From the NCBI GenBank assembly GCA_017936745.1, contig JAGBEY010000002.1:57949-121948 (forward strand): a DNA stretch of 64,000 bases. Reading direction: 5' to 3'. Positions 55,196 through 64,000 of this stretch are shown piece by piece. Below the pieces are notes generated by a model. That model was not told the origin of the DNA. It ran no database searches and was given only the letters and a program-made list of their open reading frames with translations. Position 1 is the stretch's first letter. The number at the start of each line of letters is the position of its first letter. Both the position numbers and the translations under genes were made by a program. This stretch comes from Clostridia bacterium (GTDB taxonomy: Bacteria; Bacillota; Clostridia; UMGS1840).

Positions 55196-55918
55196 TCATG
55201 ATCCCTCAATGGCATTTATGATATCTTCTGCAAATTTTCTTTGCATTTCCAAAGTCAAATCACAATGTCCTCGTCCCTCCACAACATCGAATGTAAAATC
55301 ATACCGTCTTTTACAGAGTTCGGAAACGAACTTTTTTGAATGAGCATCCATATTGACATCCATATCTTTCTCACAATGAAAAATATGATATTTCACTTTT
55401 GGCATTTTATCAATCAGGTGTAACGGTGATATGCTTTTCAGTGCATCTTCCATTATTCCGGACTCATGAAATAACGAGCTGTATAATGTTCTTGGCAAAT
55501 CTTCTCTTTCTGTATAGTGATATACAACATCGCACACCGGACAATTTGCCACGCAAGCAACGGGAGTGTACTTAGCTTTTGCAGTATAAACAAGAGCTGA
55601 CTGACCGCCCATACTCCCGCCTGTTGATACAATCGGAATCGTTTTATTCAAATTATATTTTTCCATCAATACGTCAATGATTTCATCGGTGTATGCCACT
55701 GCCTGATGATTCATCCAAGCCCAGGGATTATGATATGGTACTACATACAAGATTCCTTTTTCTGCATAAAACTCTCCCTGTGTAAAATCATTCTGATACA
55801 TTGCCATTTGACCCAGACCAAAAAACGAAATAACAATTCCTTTTATCGGCTTTTTACAAAGATGGTCGTTAACGTAACAAAAGCTTCTTAAATTCTCATA
55901 ATTCATAATTTTTTCCAA
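55196..55918 (-). CDS. alpha/beta hydrolase (esterase/peptidase S9-like)
   Basis: GGSMGG nucleophile elbow and a C-terminal GRGHCD (His). The start is ambiguous between TTG 55918 and ATG 55906. Confidence 0.75.
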   Translation of the reverse strand: MEKIMNYENLRSFCYVNDHLCKKPIKGIVISFFGLGQMAMYQNDFTQGEFYAEKGILYVVPYHNPWAWMNHQAVAYTDEIIDVLMEKYNLNKTIPIVSTGGSMGGQSALVYTAKAKYTPVACVANCPVCDVVYHYTEREDLPRTLYSSLFHESGIMEDALKSISPLHLIDKMPKVKYHIFHCEKDMDVNMDAHSKKFVSELCKRRYDFTFDVVEGRGHCDLTLEMQRKFAEDIINAIEGS

Positions 55919-56012
55919 TATGTATTACCCCTTTTCAAAAGCATCCAACACTGAGTTTACTTTGCAAACTCATTATATCACTCTTTTTTTCAAAATGCAA
56001 CCATATCCAAAC

Positions 56013-56049
56013 AAAAAGGGTTCAACCTCTTTGGTTGAACCCTTTTTTT
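56013..56049. terminator. bidirectional terminator (ends the PFOR transcript)
   Basis: AAAAAGGGTTCAACC tcttt GGTTGAACCCTTTTTTT. Confidence 0.9.
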
Positions 56050-56187
56050 ATGATTCTGTATGACAGGCGCAGAGAAAATGATGCAGAATGAAGAAATCGA
56101 ATCAAAGCTCCGCTTTGACAAGCCCGAAGCTGTATTTTGTGTACAGCGAGTGGTGAGATTCATTGATTCTGCGCGTTTTATCCGGCC

Positions 56188-59100
56188 TTATTGATTTGCC
56201 TTGGCAAGATAAGACTGATATCTGTCTTTTGCTGCCTGCTCTGCCGCTTCAAACAATTCTTTTGCTTCTTCGGGGAATGCTCTCTGTAAAGAGGTGTAAC
56301 GAACCTCAGTCTGGAGGAAATCCTGGAAGGAAGCAGTCGGTTCTTTGGAATCCAAGGTGAAGGGGTTTTTCCCTTCCTCTTTTAATGCCGGATTGAAACG
56401 GTATAAGTGCCAGTAGCCACATTCAACCGCTTTCTTTTCCTGAATCTGTGCACCGGATAAGCCACCTTTGATACCGTGATTGATACAAGGAGCATACGCG
56501 ATGATGATAGATGGACCTTTATGCTTTTCAGCTTCTCTGAATGCTTTTAAGGTCTGTGCCTGATTTGCACCCATAGCGACCTGAGCAACATAGACATAGC
56601 CGTAGCTCATAGCAATCATGCCCAAATCCTTTTTCTTCACTTTCTTACCGGATGCCGCAAACTGTGCCACTGCACCAATGGGAGTCGATTTGGATGCCTG
56701 ACCGCCGGTGTTGGAATACACTTCGGTATCAAACACCAAAACATTGATATCTTTGCCGGAAGCCAGCACGTGGTCTAAGCCGCCGAAGCCGATATCGTAA
56801 GCCCAACCGTCACCGCCTAAAATCCACTGGGATCTCTTAATGAGGTCGCGTTTATTTTCCAAGATATATTTCTTGTTTTCACAGTCGCAATCACAAGCTT
56901 CTAATGCTTTCACCAACGCGTCAGACAATGCTCTGGTGTTTTCCCCATCGTCAAAGCCATCTACCCAAGCCTGAGCAGCAGCTTTTACCTCGTCATTTTT
57001 CGCATTTGCAATGACGTCTTTTACCTTTTCCAAAATAGCTGCTCTTGCAGTTTCACAAGCGGTATACATACCAAATCCGAATTCCGCATTATCCTCAAAT
57101 AAGGAGTTTGCCCAAGCCGGCCCCTGACCCTTCTGGTTGGTGGTGTAGGGCATTGCCGGAGCAGAACCCGCCCAGATGGAAGAACAGCCGGTAGCATTGG
57201 CAATCATCATTCTGTCGCCATACAGCTGAGTCATCAGTTTTGCATAGGGAGTTTCACCACAGCCTGCACAAGCACCGGAGAATTCCAGATACGGAACTTC
57301 AAACTGAGAACCTTTTACAGTGTCTTTGTTCATGGGATTTTTCTTTTCCGGTAAGGAAATTGCATATTCCCAATTGGGAACTTCTTTTTCCACCTGAGTT
57401 TCCAGCGGCTTCATAACCAATGCTTTTTCTTTTGCGGGACAGGTATTAGCACAAACACCGCAGCCGGTACAATCCAAGGTAGTCACCTGAATCTTAAATT
57501 CGTAATTGTCGTAGGGCTTTAACCCTTTTTTGGTAACAAAACCTGCGGGAGCTTTTTCCTTTTCCTCCGGAGTTAACAAGAACGGTCTGATTACCGCATG
57601 AGGACAAACATAAGAACATTGGTTACACTGGATACAATTTTCGGGAATCCATTCAGGAACATCTATTGCAATTCCTCGTTTTTCATATTTGGAAGTGCCC
57701 TGGGGGAAGGTACCGTCCTCTCTGCCCTTGAATGCAGAAACAGGTAATTTATCTCCCTCCTGATTGTTGATTACTTCCACCACATCTTTCACGAATGCGG
57801 GAGTATCCGAACCTTTGTCAGCTTTTGCAGTATCCTGTGCATTTGCCCAGTCGGCAGGAACGGCAATTTCTCTTACTTTCTGAACCCCGGCATCTACTGC
57901 TGCGTTGTTCATATTAACAATATCGTCACCTTTTTTGCCGTAAGATTTTTTAATTGCTTCTTTCATATAAGAAACGGCATCGTCAATGTTCATTACATTT
58001 GCCAATTTAAAGAAAGCCGCCTGCATAATGGTGTTGATTCTGCCTCCCAAACCAATTTCTTTGGCTAAAGAAACCGCATCAATTACATAGAATTTAATCT
58101 TCTTCTGTGCTAAATGTCTCTTTACATTTGCAGGAAGATTAGCCATAATTTCTTCATCGGTCCAGTGAGTGTTCAGTAAGAACGTGCCATTTTCTTTTAC
58201 ATCAGCCAGCATATCGTACTGGTTAATATAAGAGGCTTTATGACAAGCCAAAAAGTCCGCTTTCTTAATGAGATAAGTGGAACGGATGGGGGTGTGACCG
58301 AATCGCAAATGAGAAACGGTAATACCTCCGGATTTTTTAGAATCGTAGGAGAAGTATGCCTGAGCATACATATCGGTATGGTCACCAATAATTTTGATGG
58401 AGTTTTTGTTTGCACCAACTGTACCGTCTGCACCCAATCCCCAGAATTTACAGCTGATGGTTCCTTTGGGAGCAACATCAACGGAAGCTGCATCGGGTAA
58501 AGACAGATGGGTAACATCGTCGTTAATCCCGATGGTGAAGTTGTTTTTGGGTTCTGCCTGATTTAAGTTATCATAAACTGCGAGAATCTGTTCGGGATAG
58601 GTATCTTTAGAACCGAGACCGTATCTTCCGCCAACGATTACGGGTTTGTTTTCCACACCGGAATATGCAGCACAAACATCCAGGTATAGGGGTTCTCCCA
58701 AAGAACCGGGTTCTTTGGTTCTGTCTAATACTGCAATTTTCCGAACAGTTTTCGGGATGGCATCTAAGAAATGCTTTACAGAGAAGGGTCTATACAGTCT
58801 GACCTTCAGCAAGCCGACCTTTTCACCTTTAGCGGTTAAATAGTCGATTACTTCTTCTGCCGTTTCGCAAACAGAACCCATCGCAATAACGATTCTTTCT
58901 GCATCTGCAGCACCATAGTAGTTAAATAAATCGTAATTTCTGCCGGTTAATTTGGAAATTTCTTTCATATAGCTCCGGCAGATTTCGGGAACCGCATCGT
59001 AATAACCGTTGCAAGCCTCTCTTGCCTGGAAGAAGATATCCGGATTCTGTGCAGTACCGCGGAGAACAGGAGAATCAGGATTCAAGCTTCTTTCCTTAAA

Positions 59101-59706
59101 TGCTTTTACGGCATCTAAATCGGTTAATTGTTTCAAATCTTCATAATCAATGACTTCTATTTTCTGAATTTCGTGAGAGGTACGGAAGCCATCAAAGAAA
59201 TGGAGGAACGGAACCCTGGATTTGATGGTGGTTAAATGAGCCACACAGCCCAAATCCATAACCTCCTGAACACTGTTTGCAGAAAGCATCGCAAACCCGG
59301 TCTGACGGCAAGCCATTACGTCAGAATGGTCACCGAAGATAGACAATGCGTGAGAAGCCAATGCTCTCGCAGAAACATGGAACACACAGGGAAGCAATTC
59401 CCCTGCTATTTTATACATATTGGGAATCATCAGAAGAAGCCCCTGAGAAGCAGTATACGTGGTAGTTAAAGCCCCTGCCTGCAAAGAACCGTGAACAGTG
59501 CCGGCAGCACCGGCTTCAGACTGAAGTTCTACAACCTTTACTTCATTTCCGAAAATGTTTTTCTGCCCTTTTGCAGACCACTGATCAACATTTTCTGCCA
59601 TCGGAGAGGACGGGGTAATCGGATAAATTCCTGCAACTTCCGTAAATGCATACGAAGCATAAGCAGCAGCCTGGTTACCGTCCATAGTCATCATTTTTTT
59701 TGCCAT
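56188..59706 (-). CDS. nifJ: pyruvate:ferredoxin (flavodoxin) oxidoreductase
   Basis: 1172 aa single-chain PFOR with two CxxCxxCxxxCP ferredoxin motifs (CIQCNQCSYVCP, CTGCGVCANTCP) and the TPP domain GGDGWAYDIG. Confidence 0.95.
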   Translation of the reverse strand: MAKKMMTMDGNQAAAYASYAFTEVAGIYPITPSSPMAENVDQWSAKGQKNIFGNEVKVVELQSEAGAAGTVHGSLQAGALTTTYTASQGLLLMIPNMYKIAGELLPCVFHVSARALASHALSIFGDHSDVMACRQTGFAMLSANSVQEVMDLGCVAHLTTIKSRVPFLHFFDGFRTSHEIQKIEVIDYEDLKQLTDLDAVKAFKERSLNPDSPVLRGTAQNPDIFFQAREACNGYYDAVPEICRSYMKEISKLTGRNYDLFNYYGAADAERIVIAMGSVCETAEEVIDYLTAKGEKVGLLKVRLYRPFSVKHFLDAIPKTVRKIAVLDRTKEPGSLGEPLYLDVCAAYSGVENKPVIVGGRYGLGSKDTYPEQILAVYDNLNQAEPKNNFTIGINDDVTHLSLPDAASVDVAPKGTISCKFWGLGADGTVGANKNSIKIIGDHTDMYAQAYFSYDSKKSGGITVSHLRFGHTPIRSTYLIKKADFLACHKASYINQYDMLADVKENGTFLLNTHWTDEEIMANLPANVKRHLAQKKIKFYVIDAVSLAKEIGLGGRINTIMQAAFFKLANVMNIDDAVSYMKEAIKKSYGKKGDDIVNMNNAAVDAGVQKVREIAVPADWANAQDTAKADKGSDTPAFVKDVVEVINNQEGDKLPVSAFKGREDGTFPQGTSKYEKRGIAIDVPEWIPENCIQCNQCSYVCPHAVIRPFLLTPEEKEKAPAGFVTKKGLKPYDNYEFKIQVTTLDCTGCGVCANTCPAKEKALVMKPLETQVEKEVPNWEYAISLPEKKNPMNKDTVKGSQFEVPYLEFSGACAGCGETPYAKLMTQLYGDRMMIANATGCSSIWAGSAPAMPYTTNQKGQGPAWANSLFEDNAEFGFGMYTACETARAAILEKVKDVIANAKNDEVKAAAQAWVDGFDDGENTRALSDALVKALEACDCDCENKKYILENKRDLIKRSQWILGGDGWAYDIGFGGLDHVLASGKDINVLVFDTEVYSNTGGQASKSTPIGAVAQFAASGKKVKKKDLGMIAMSYGYVYVAQVAMGANQAQTLKAFREAEKHKGPSIIIAYAPCINHGIKGGLSGAQIQEKKAVECGYWHLYRFNPALKEEGKNPFTLDSKEPTASFQDFLQTEVRYTSLQRAFPEEAKELFEAAEQAAKDRYQSYLAKANQ

Positions 59707-59852
59707 AGTGTAACTTGTCTCCTTTTCCGTTTTTTTGTATCAGGTTTCTCTTTCAAACTGCCCTGCCTGACCGCCTAAAAGTCCCCCGACACAAAACTCT
59801 ATTTAATATTTTTTTAAAAACCATCCATCGTGCACCTCTGCACGATACAATT

Positions 59853-59881
59853 ATCATAACATTTTCTCAATACTTTGTCAA
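59853..59881 (-). promoter_or_regulatory. sigma-A promoter of nifJ
   Basis: Minus strand reads TTGACA (59881..59876), 17-nt spacer, TATGAT (59858..59853). Confidence 0.6.
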
Positions 59882-59915
59882 TATAAAACAAATTTTTTCG
59901 TAAAAAACAACATCT

Positions 59916-61616
59916 TTAGTGCAATTTTCCATATCCGGCAAGCTCCACACACGCCTGACCTGCCTCACTGAGCATAAATTCTGCCATTTTTCTGGCAGGG
60001 TGACCCTCGGGAGTTTCTTTTCGTAGTACGATATAGGTGTTGTTGGATAAGGGGTAGCTTCCGTCTGCAATGGTTTCGTCAGTAGGATACACCCCGTCAA
60101 TTGCCAGAAGCTTCAGATTTTCTTTGGTGTCATAAAACAGATCCATATTATGAAAATAATAATAAATGCTGTAACCGAGTCCGTAAGCAGTTTCATCCCG
60201 GGCAGGCACAGCCATCACATCGGTCAGAATGTTGGACATCGTCTCAGAAATCGTTTCCGCTTGAATTTTCGGATGAATCTCTTTTCCGTTTAAGAAATGT
60301 TTTTCCATCTGAGCGTGACTGCCTGAATCATTGTTGCGACAATAGGGATAAAGGGTAAAATCGTTCCCCCCCAGTTCTTTCCAGGTTTCGTAACTGTTAT
60401 TCACATAAATTTCGGTAATCTGCTCTTTGGTCAGTCCATTTACAGGATTTTGTGGATTGGTGAAGAAAATCATGGCATCATATGCAATGGGAATGAGTTC
60501 CAATTCCACTCCTTTTTCTTCAGCCAATGCTAAAATGTCTGCAGCAGGGTACACCGATGCAAAGAGCATATCCACTTCCCCGTTAATCAACCGCTCATAG
60601 GAAGCGTGACTCTTGGAATGCCTTTTCGGGTACTGAGGGTGTGTCGTTCCGTTGACAAACAAAGCACGGTACACCTGCTCGGTAAAGGGATAGGTGGAGG
60701 TAGAGCCGTCGATGACGGGCATAGCCTGATCAAAACCGTATTCCACCGCTAAATCGGTTGCAAAAAGCTGACAGTTTTTCAGAGTATTATCCAGAATATA
60801 AGCAATGTCATACCGGCTTGCCGCTTTTTTTGGATAGAGCATTCTGTAAGGGCGGTCGGCATTCTCCCCTTCGTAATCAGATACATAGTTCACTCCGATA
60901 TACTCATAGGCATCTTTTGCCCAATCCGAAACACTGTCCATATCAGAGATGTTTTCTTCCGTCCGGAACGGACACCGTAAATCGGCATATTGTAACGCCC
61001 TTACCACCATTACCGTGATTTCTTCTCTTGTCACATTCCGATGGGGAGAAAAGGTGATTTCGGAATCTCCCTTCACGATTCCCGCCTCATAAAGAGCACC
61101 CACATTCCCATAAAACCAATCCTCACGGGAAACATCGGAAAACAGCATTTCGGAATTGACGATGGGAGAAAGCCCCAAAAACCGCATTATCATTGCAGTA
61201 GCTTCTGCACGGGTGACATTGGCATAAGGAAGCGCTTCTCCTTTTTCATTTCCAAGAATAACCCCCACACGGGACAAATTTTCCATCACATAAAATTCGT
61301 AATCGGAGGCGGTGTTATCGGTAAAGGGAATTTTATCAGGCACAAAAGCTTCAATGGCTCTGTCTTTATTTTCATAGGGCACAATGGCATAGACATAGCC
61401 GCCGTAACAATCCGACAAGGGAATTGCCTGCCCCGAGTCCTGATATCTTGCTACCGTACGCCAGGAATCGTTTTCTTTCAGTTCTTCGGGAAATGGAATT
61501 TTGAGTGTTACAAACCGTTCCGGCTTCGGATATCCGTCGCACATCGTATCTTCCGCCAGAGCCGTTGTGCCTAAAAACAGAGTGAAAACAAAAAACAATG
61601 CTATCAATTTTTTCAT
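59916..61616 (-). CDS. secreted SLH-domain protein fused to a PstS-like (type 2 periplasmic binding) domain
   Basis: Trimmed to MKKLIALFFVFTLFLGTTALA behind AAGGAGG. SLH-like repeats (VTRAEATAMIMRFLGL, FSDVSREDWFYGNVGALYEAGIVKG, VTREEITVMVVRAL) followed by IDGSTSTYP..., a PBP-type domain. Confidence 0.75.
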   Translation of the reverse strand: MKKLIALFFVFTLFLGTTALAEDTMCDGYPKPERFVTLKIPFPEELKENDSWRTVARYQDSGQAIPLSDCYGGYVYAIVPYENKDRAIEAFVPDKIPFTDNTASDYEFYVMENLSRVGVILGNEKGEALPYANVTRAEATAMIMRFLGLSPIVNSEMLFSDVSREDWFYGNVGALYEAGIVKGDSEITFSPHRNVTREEITVMVVRALQYADLRCPFRTEENISDMDSVSDWAKDAYEYIGVNYVSDYEGENADRPYRMLYPKKAASRYDIAYILDNTLKNCQLFATDLAVEYGFDQAMPVIDGSTSTYPFTEQVYRALFVNGTTHPQYPKRHSKSHASYERLINGEVDMLFASVYPAADILALAEEKGVELELIPIAYDAMIFFTNPQNPVNGLTKEQITEIYVNNSYETWKELGGNDFTLYPYCRNNDSGSHAQMEKHFLNGKEIHPKIQAETISETMSNILTDVMAVPARDETAYGLGYSIYYYFHNMDLFYDTKENLKLLAIDGVYPTDETIADGSYPLSNNTYIVLRKETPEGHPARKMAEFMLSEAGQACVELAGYGKLH

Positions 61617-61635
61617 TTTATTGCCTCCTTTTTTC

Positions 61636-62583
61636 TTACACCAAACGGCTTCTTCTTCCTCCTTGCAGAAAGCTTTTAATGTTTTCTGCAATCTCGTCAA
61701 TACATCTTTGACGGGCATCATAAGCACCCCATGCCATATGAGGGGTAACAATCACATTATCACAATGCAACAGTTTTTGATAGGGACTATCTGATTGCAT
61801 CGGCTCAGTGGAATACACATCCACACCAAGACCGCCGATTTTTCCGTCAAGCACCGCATTGGTTACCGCTTCCTCATCAAACACCGCACCACGGGCAACA
61901 TTTACTAAAACAACGCCGTCTTTCATCTGTGTTAACCGTTTTTGGTCAATCAAATGATAGGTTCCTTCATTTAAAGGTGTATGCACAGTGATAATATCAC
62001 TTTCCCTTAACAGTGTATCCAAATCTACACAGGTAAATTCTTCCACGGGTGTTCTTTTATATGCAAGAACCCGACACCCCATCGCTTCTGCAACGCGGGC
62101 AACCTTTCCTCCGATTGTCCCCAACCCGATTACGCCCCAGGTGAGTGCAGATATCTCGCGGAACACCGGTTCGACCCGATTGAAAACACCGCTTTTGGTA
62201 TATGCTCCCGATTTCACAAATTTATCATAAGATAACAGATTGGTTGCCAGAGAAAACGCCATGGAGATGGTGAGCTGCACCACACTGTCGGTGGAATAGC
62301 CCACCACATTGCAAACGGCGATGCCGTGCTCCCGACAGTAGTCAATATCCACATTATCAAAGCCTGTTGCAGTAATACAAATCAGCTTGAGTTTTTTCGC
62401 ATAGGGAAGATTTTCTTTATGGAGTTTGACCTTATTTAAAATCAAAACTTCTGCATCCTGAATCCGTTCTATCACCTCATCCTGAGTGGTAAGGTCGTAA
62501 ACCGTAACCTCTCCCAATTGATAAATTTCCGAAAAATCCAGGTCATTTCCCAAAGTTTTTACATCCAATACCGATATTTTCAT
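61636..62583 (-). CDS. D-isomer-specific 2-hydroxyacid dehydrogenase (glycerate dehydrogenase-like)
   Basis: NAD motif GVIGLGTIGGKVA, with catalytic Arg/Glu/His in the region NVARG...TPHMAW. Confidence 0.85.
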   Translation of the reverse strand: MKISVLDVKTLGNDLDFSEIYQLGEVTVYDLTTQDEVIERIQDAEVLILNKVKLHKENLPYAKKLKLICITATGFDNVDIDYCREHGIAVCNVVGYSTDSVVQLTISMAFSLATNLLSYDKFVKSGAYTKSGVFNRVEPVFREISALTWGVIGLGTIGGKVARVAEAMGCRVLAYKRTPVEEFTCVDLDTLLRESDIITVHTPLNEGTYHLIDQKRLTQMKDGVVLVNVARGAVFDEEAVTNAVLDGKIGGLGVDVYSTEPMQSDSPYQKLLHCDNVIVTPHMAWGAYDARQRCIDEIAENIKSFLQGGRRSRLV

Positions 62584-62601
62584 AAAACCAGACTCCTTTT
62601 T

Positions 62602-63483
62602 TTACAAATCCACACCCAAAAACTGCTTCGCTAACAGACCAACCACAAAGGAAATTACCGCAACGCTCACACTGATTAAGGTCATTTCCCAAAATCTCGG
62701 CTTGAATTTTTCATCCTTGGCAACCGAAATATAATAGGTAAAGCCTGCAATAATCAGAACGACCACGCCAATCATCACAAACAGTGCGGTTAAATACTGA
62801 CTGTTATCCATCAGAAGATACGGCAATACCAGAAGTGCCACTGTAATGAGATACGCTATTCCCGTATAAGTGCAAGATTTCAGTGCATCGGTTCTGCCCT
62901 CACTTTTTGCTGCTAAAAATTCACTGGATGCCATAGAAAAGGTTGCAGAAATCCCCATAATAAGCCCCGACAATGCAACCAAGCGGGTATTTTGCATGGC
63001 AAAGGTAAACCCTGCCAGAGAACCGGTCAGCTCTACCAATGCATCGTTCATCCCCAATACCATACTGCCCACATACTGCAAGCTTTCTTCATCCAGCATA
63101 GCAAGAAGTGCCTGCTCGTGCTCCTCCTCCTGCTGTCGAATCATAGCACTTTCTGCCACTTCCCGAGTTAAAATTTCGTATTCCTTTTGTGCCCCTTCTT
63201 CCCCTTTTTCCATCAGCTTTACCGCAAAAGTGAAGCCGAAAATCCGTGCCAGCAGCTTAAAACGGAAGATTTTTCTTTTTTGCGGCTTCATTTCCACCCC
63301 GGTATAGCCCCTCCAGATTTCATAGTGGGCTTTTTCTTCCCGGGCAAGTCGCAAAAGTGTTTCCCGATTGGCGTCCCCTTTTGCAAATTTTGCAATTTCC
63401 TCGTAAATTACACTTTCTGTCAGCTCATTCTGCTGCATTTTTTTTACAATGACAAGTGCTTCATTTGTTAACTGCTTGTGCAT
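62602..63483 (-). CDS. VIT1/CCC1-family Fe/Mn transporter with N-terminal ferritin-like domain
   Basis: Start moved to ATG 63483 behind AGAGGTGA. N-terminal ESVIYEEIAKF...EEKAHYEIW (ferritin-like), and a C-terminal VIT membrane domain (GMNDALVELTG...). Confidence 0.8.
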   Translation of the reverse strand: MHKQLTNEALVIVKKMQQNELTESVIYEEIAKFAKGDANRETLLRLAREEKAHYEIWRGYTGVEMKPQKRKIFRFKLLARIFGFTFAVKLMEKGEEGAQKEYEILTREVAESAMIRQQEEEHEQALLAMLDEESLQYVGSMVLGMNDALVELTGSLAGFTFAMQNTRLVALSGLIMGISATFSMASSEFLAAKSEGRTDALKSCTYTGIAYLITVALLVLPYLLMDNSQYLTALFVMIGVVVLIIAGFTYYISVAKDEKFKPRFWEMTLISVSVAVISFVVGLLAKQFLGVDL

Positions 63484-63507
63484 CCTCAATCACCTCTGTT
63501 ATTTTTT

Positions 63508-64000
63508 TTACAATGTTATCGGTTCGTTTTGTTCCCACATAAAATCCTTGGGAAGCTCGGGATATTTCTTCTTAAGAAGATTGTAGATATATATCTTCTC
63601 CCACTGGTCGTCCAGCGACATTTTCCGAATGGTGGCAAAACAGTATACATACATCCCCAATAAAAAGATGACTAATCCCCACAGTGCCCATACATCACTG
63701 AGCACACACAAATAATCGTACAGACCGTGTGCCAGAACGGGGACAAGCAAACAACTCAACCGATTGTTCCGGCTGGAAATCATTCTTTTTGGGTGAATAA
63801 TCATTCCCGAAGTAATCAGCCGCTGTTCTGTTTTCAGGGTGTGGTCCTTCAAATGCCAGAAGCTATAGTGATATCCCATCAGAACCGCGAAAAACATATG
63901 CCCGGGGACTGCCGTTACTGCACGAAGCAGTGCCGTCTCCATCCCGTAGGAAAAGGAATACATCACATTTTCCAATGCAGCAAAGCCCAGCGAAATAAAC
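63508..64000 (-). CDS. PrsW-family intramembrane metalloprotease, C-terminal part (5' end beyond the right edge)
   Basis: The frame stays open to base 64000 (...FISLGFAALENVMYSF...). GFAALEN and the RAVTAVPGHMFFAV motifs are PrsW-like. The listed TTG start is an artefact of the window edge. Confidence 0.75.
   Translation of the reverse strand, partial: FISLGFAALENVMYSFSYGMETALLRAVTAVPGHMFFAVLMGYHYSFWHLKDHTLKTEQRLITSGMIIHPKRMISSRNNRLSCLLVPVLAHGLYDYLCVLSDVWALWGLVIFLLGMYVYCFATIRKMSLDDQWEKIYIYNLLKKKYPELPKDFMWEQNEPITL

Noticed and set aside
56163-56360. 65-aa plus-strand ORF and a 45-aa ATG ORF (from 56060) at the 3' end of nifJ.
   Set aside because: They have no RBS, overlap the PFOR coding end and 3' UTR, and resemble no family.
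1-64000. Scan for tRNA, rRNA, CRISPR arrays, transposases, integrases and known defence-system gene sets.
   Set aside because: None were recognised. All large ORFs are accounted for by housekeeping, sporulation or metabolic families, and the only phage-like gene is the isolated portal-like ORF.

Overview
The window looks like core chromosome of an endospore-forming, Clostridia-class Firmicute, with canonical TTGACA-17-TATAAT promoters, GGAGG ribosome-binding sites and about 45% GC by eye. Most genes lie on the minus strand. Reading left to right:
- a purine permease (partial), 5-formyl-THF cyclo-ligase, an unlisted 46-aa SCIFF ranthipeptide precursor, a small membrane protein and yajC;
- cysS, cysE, a GT39-like membrane protein, recG, a DAK2/YloV protein and an Asp23-family protein;
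- an amino-acid ABC transporter, an AraC-family regulator and maf;
- the complete spoIIIAA-AH operon (+ strand), followed by a cassette of a small ORF, a portal-like 623-aa ORF and a DUF2508 gene;
- mgtC, pncB, rmuC, an alanine-racemase-family gene, a radical SAM gene, trmFO, topA, dprA, lgt, two M16 peptidases, tsaD, rimI and tsaC;
- an M23 peptidase with spoIVFB, then a divergent yneA-like/lexA SOS unit, a ClC channel and the rplU-prp-rpmA operon;
- three tandem PHP-domain paralogues behind an aldo/keto reductase-ferredoxin gene that carries an in-frame TAG;
- a P-type cation ATPase behind a candidate Mn2+ riboswitch, spoIVB, dus, rpsT, a second aldo/keto reductase, a hydrolase and PFOR;
- an SLH/PstS-like protein, a 2-hydroxyacid dehydrogenase, a VIT1/CCC1 protein and PrsW (partial).

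I saw no rRNA, tRNA, CRISPR array, transposase, integrase or recognisable defence system. The observations most worth follow-up are:
1. An ornate 281-bp quasi-palindromic array (47939..48219) of eight TCGATATG octamers, each with its own hairpin, bounded by 17-bp inverted repeats that are themselves promoter-like.
2. An orphan phage-portal-like gene cassette directly behind spoIIIAH.
3. A SCIFF precursor with no adjacent maturase.

All family calls come from reading the translated ORFs and motifs by eye. No database search was run.
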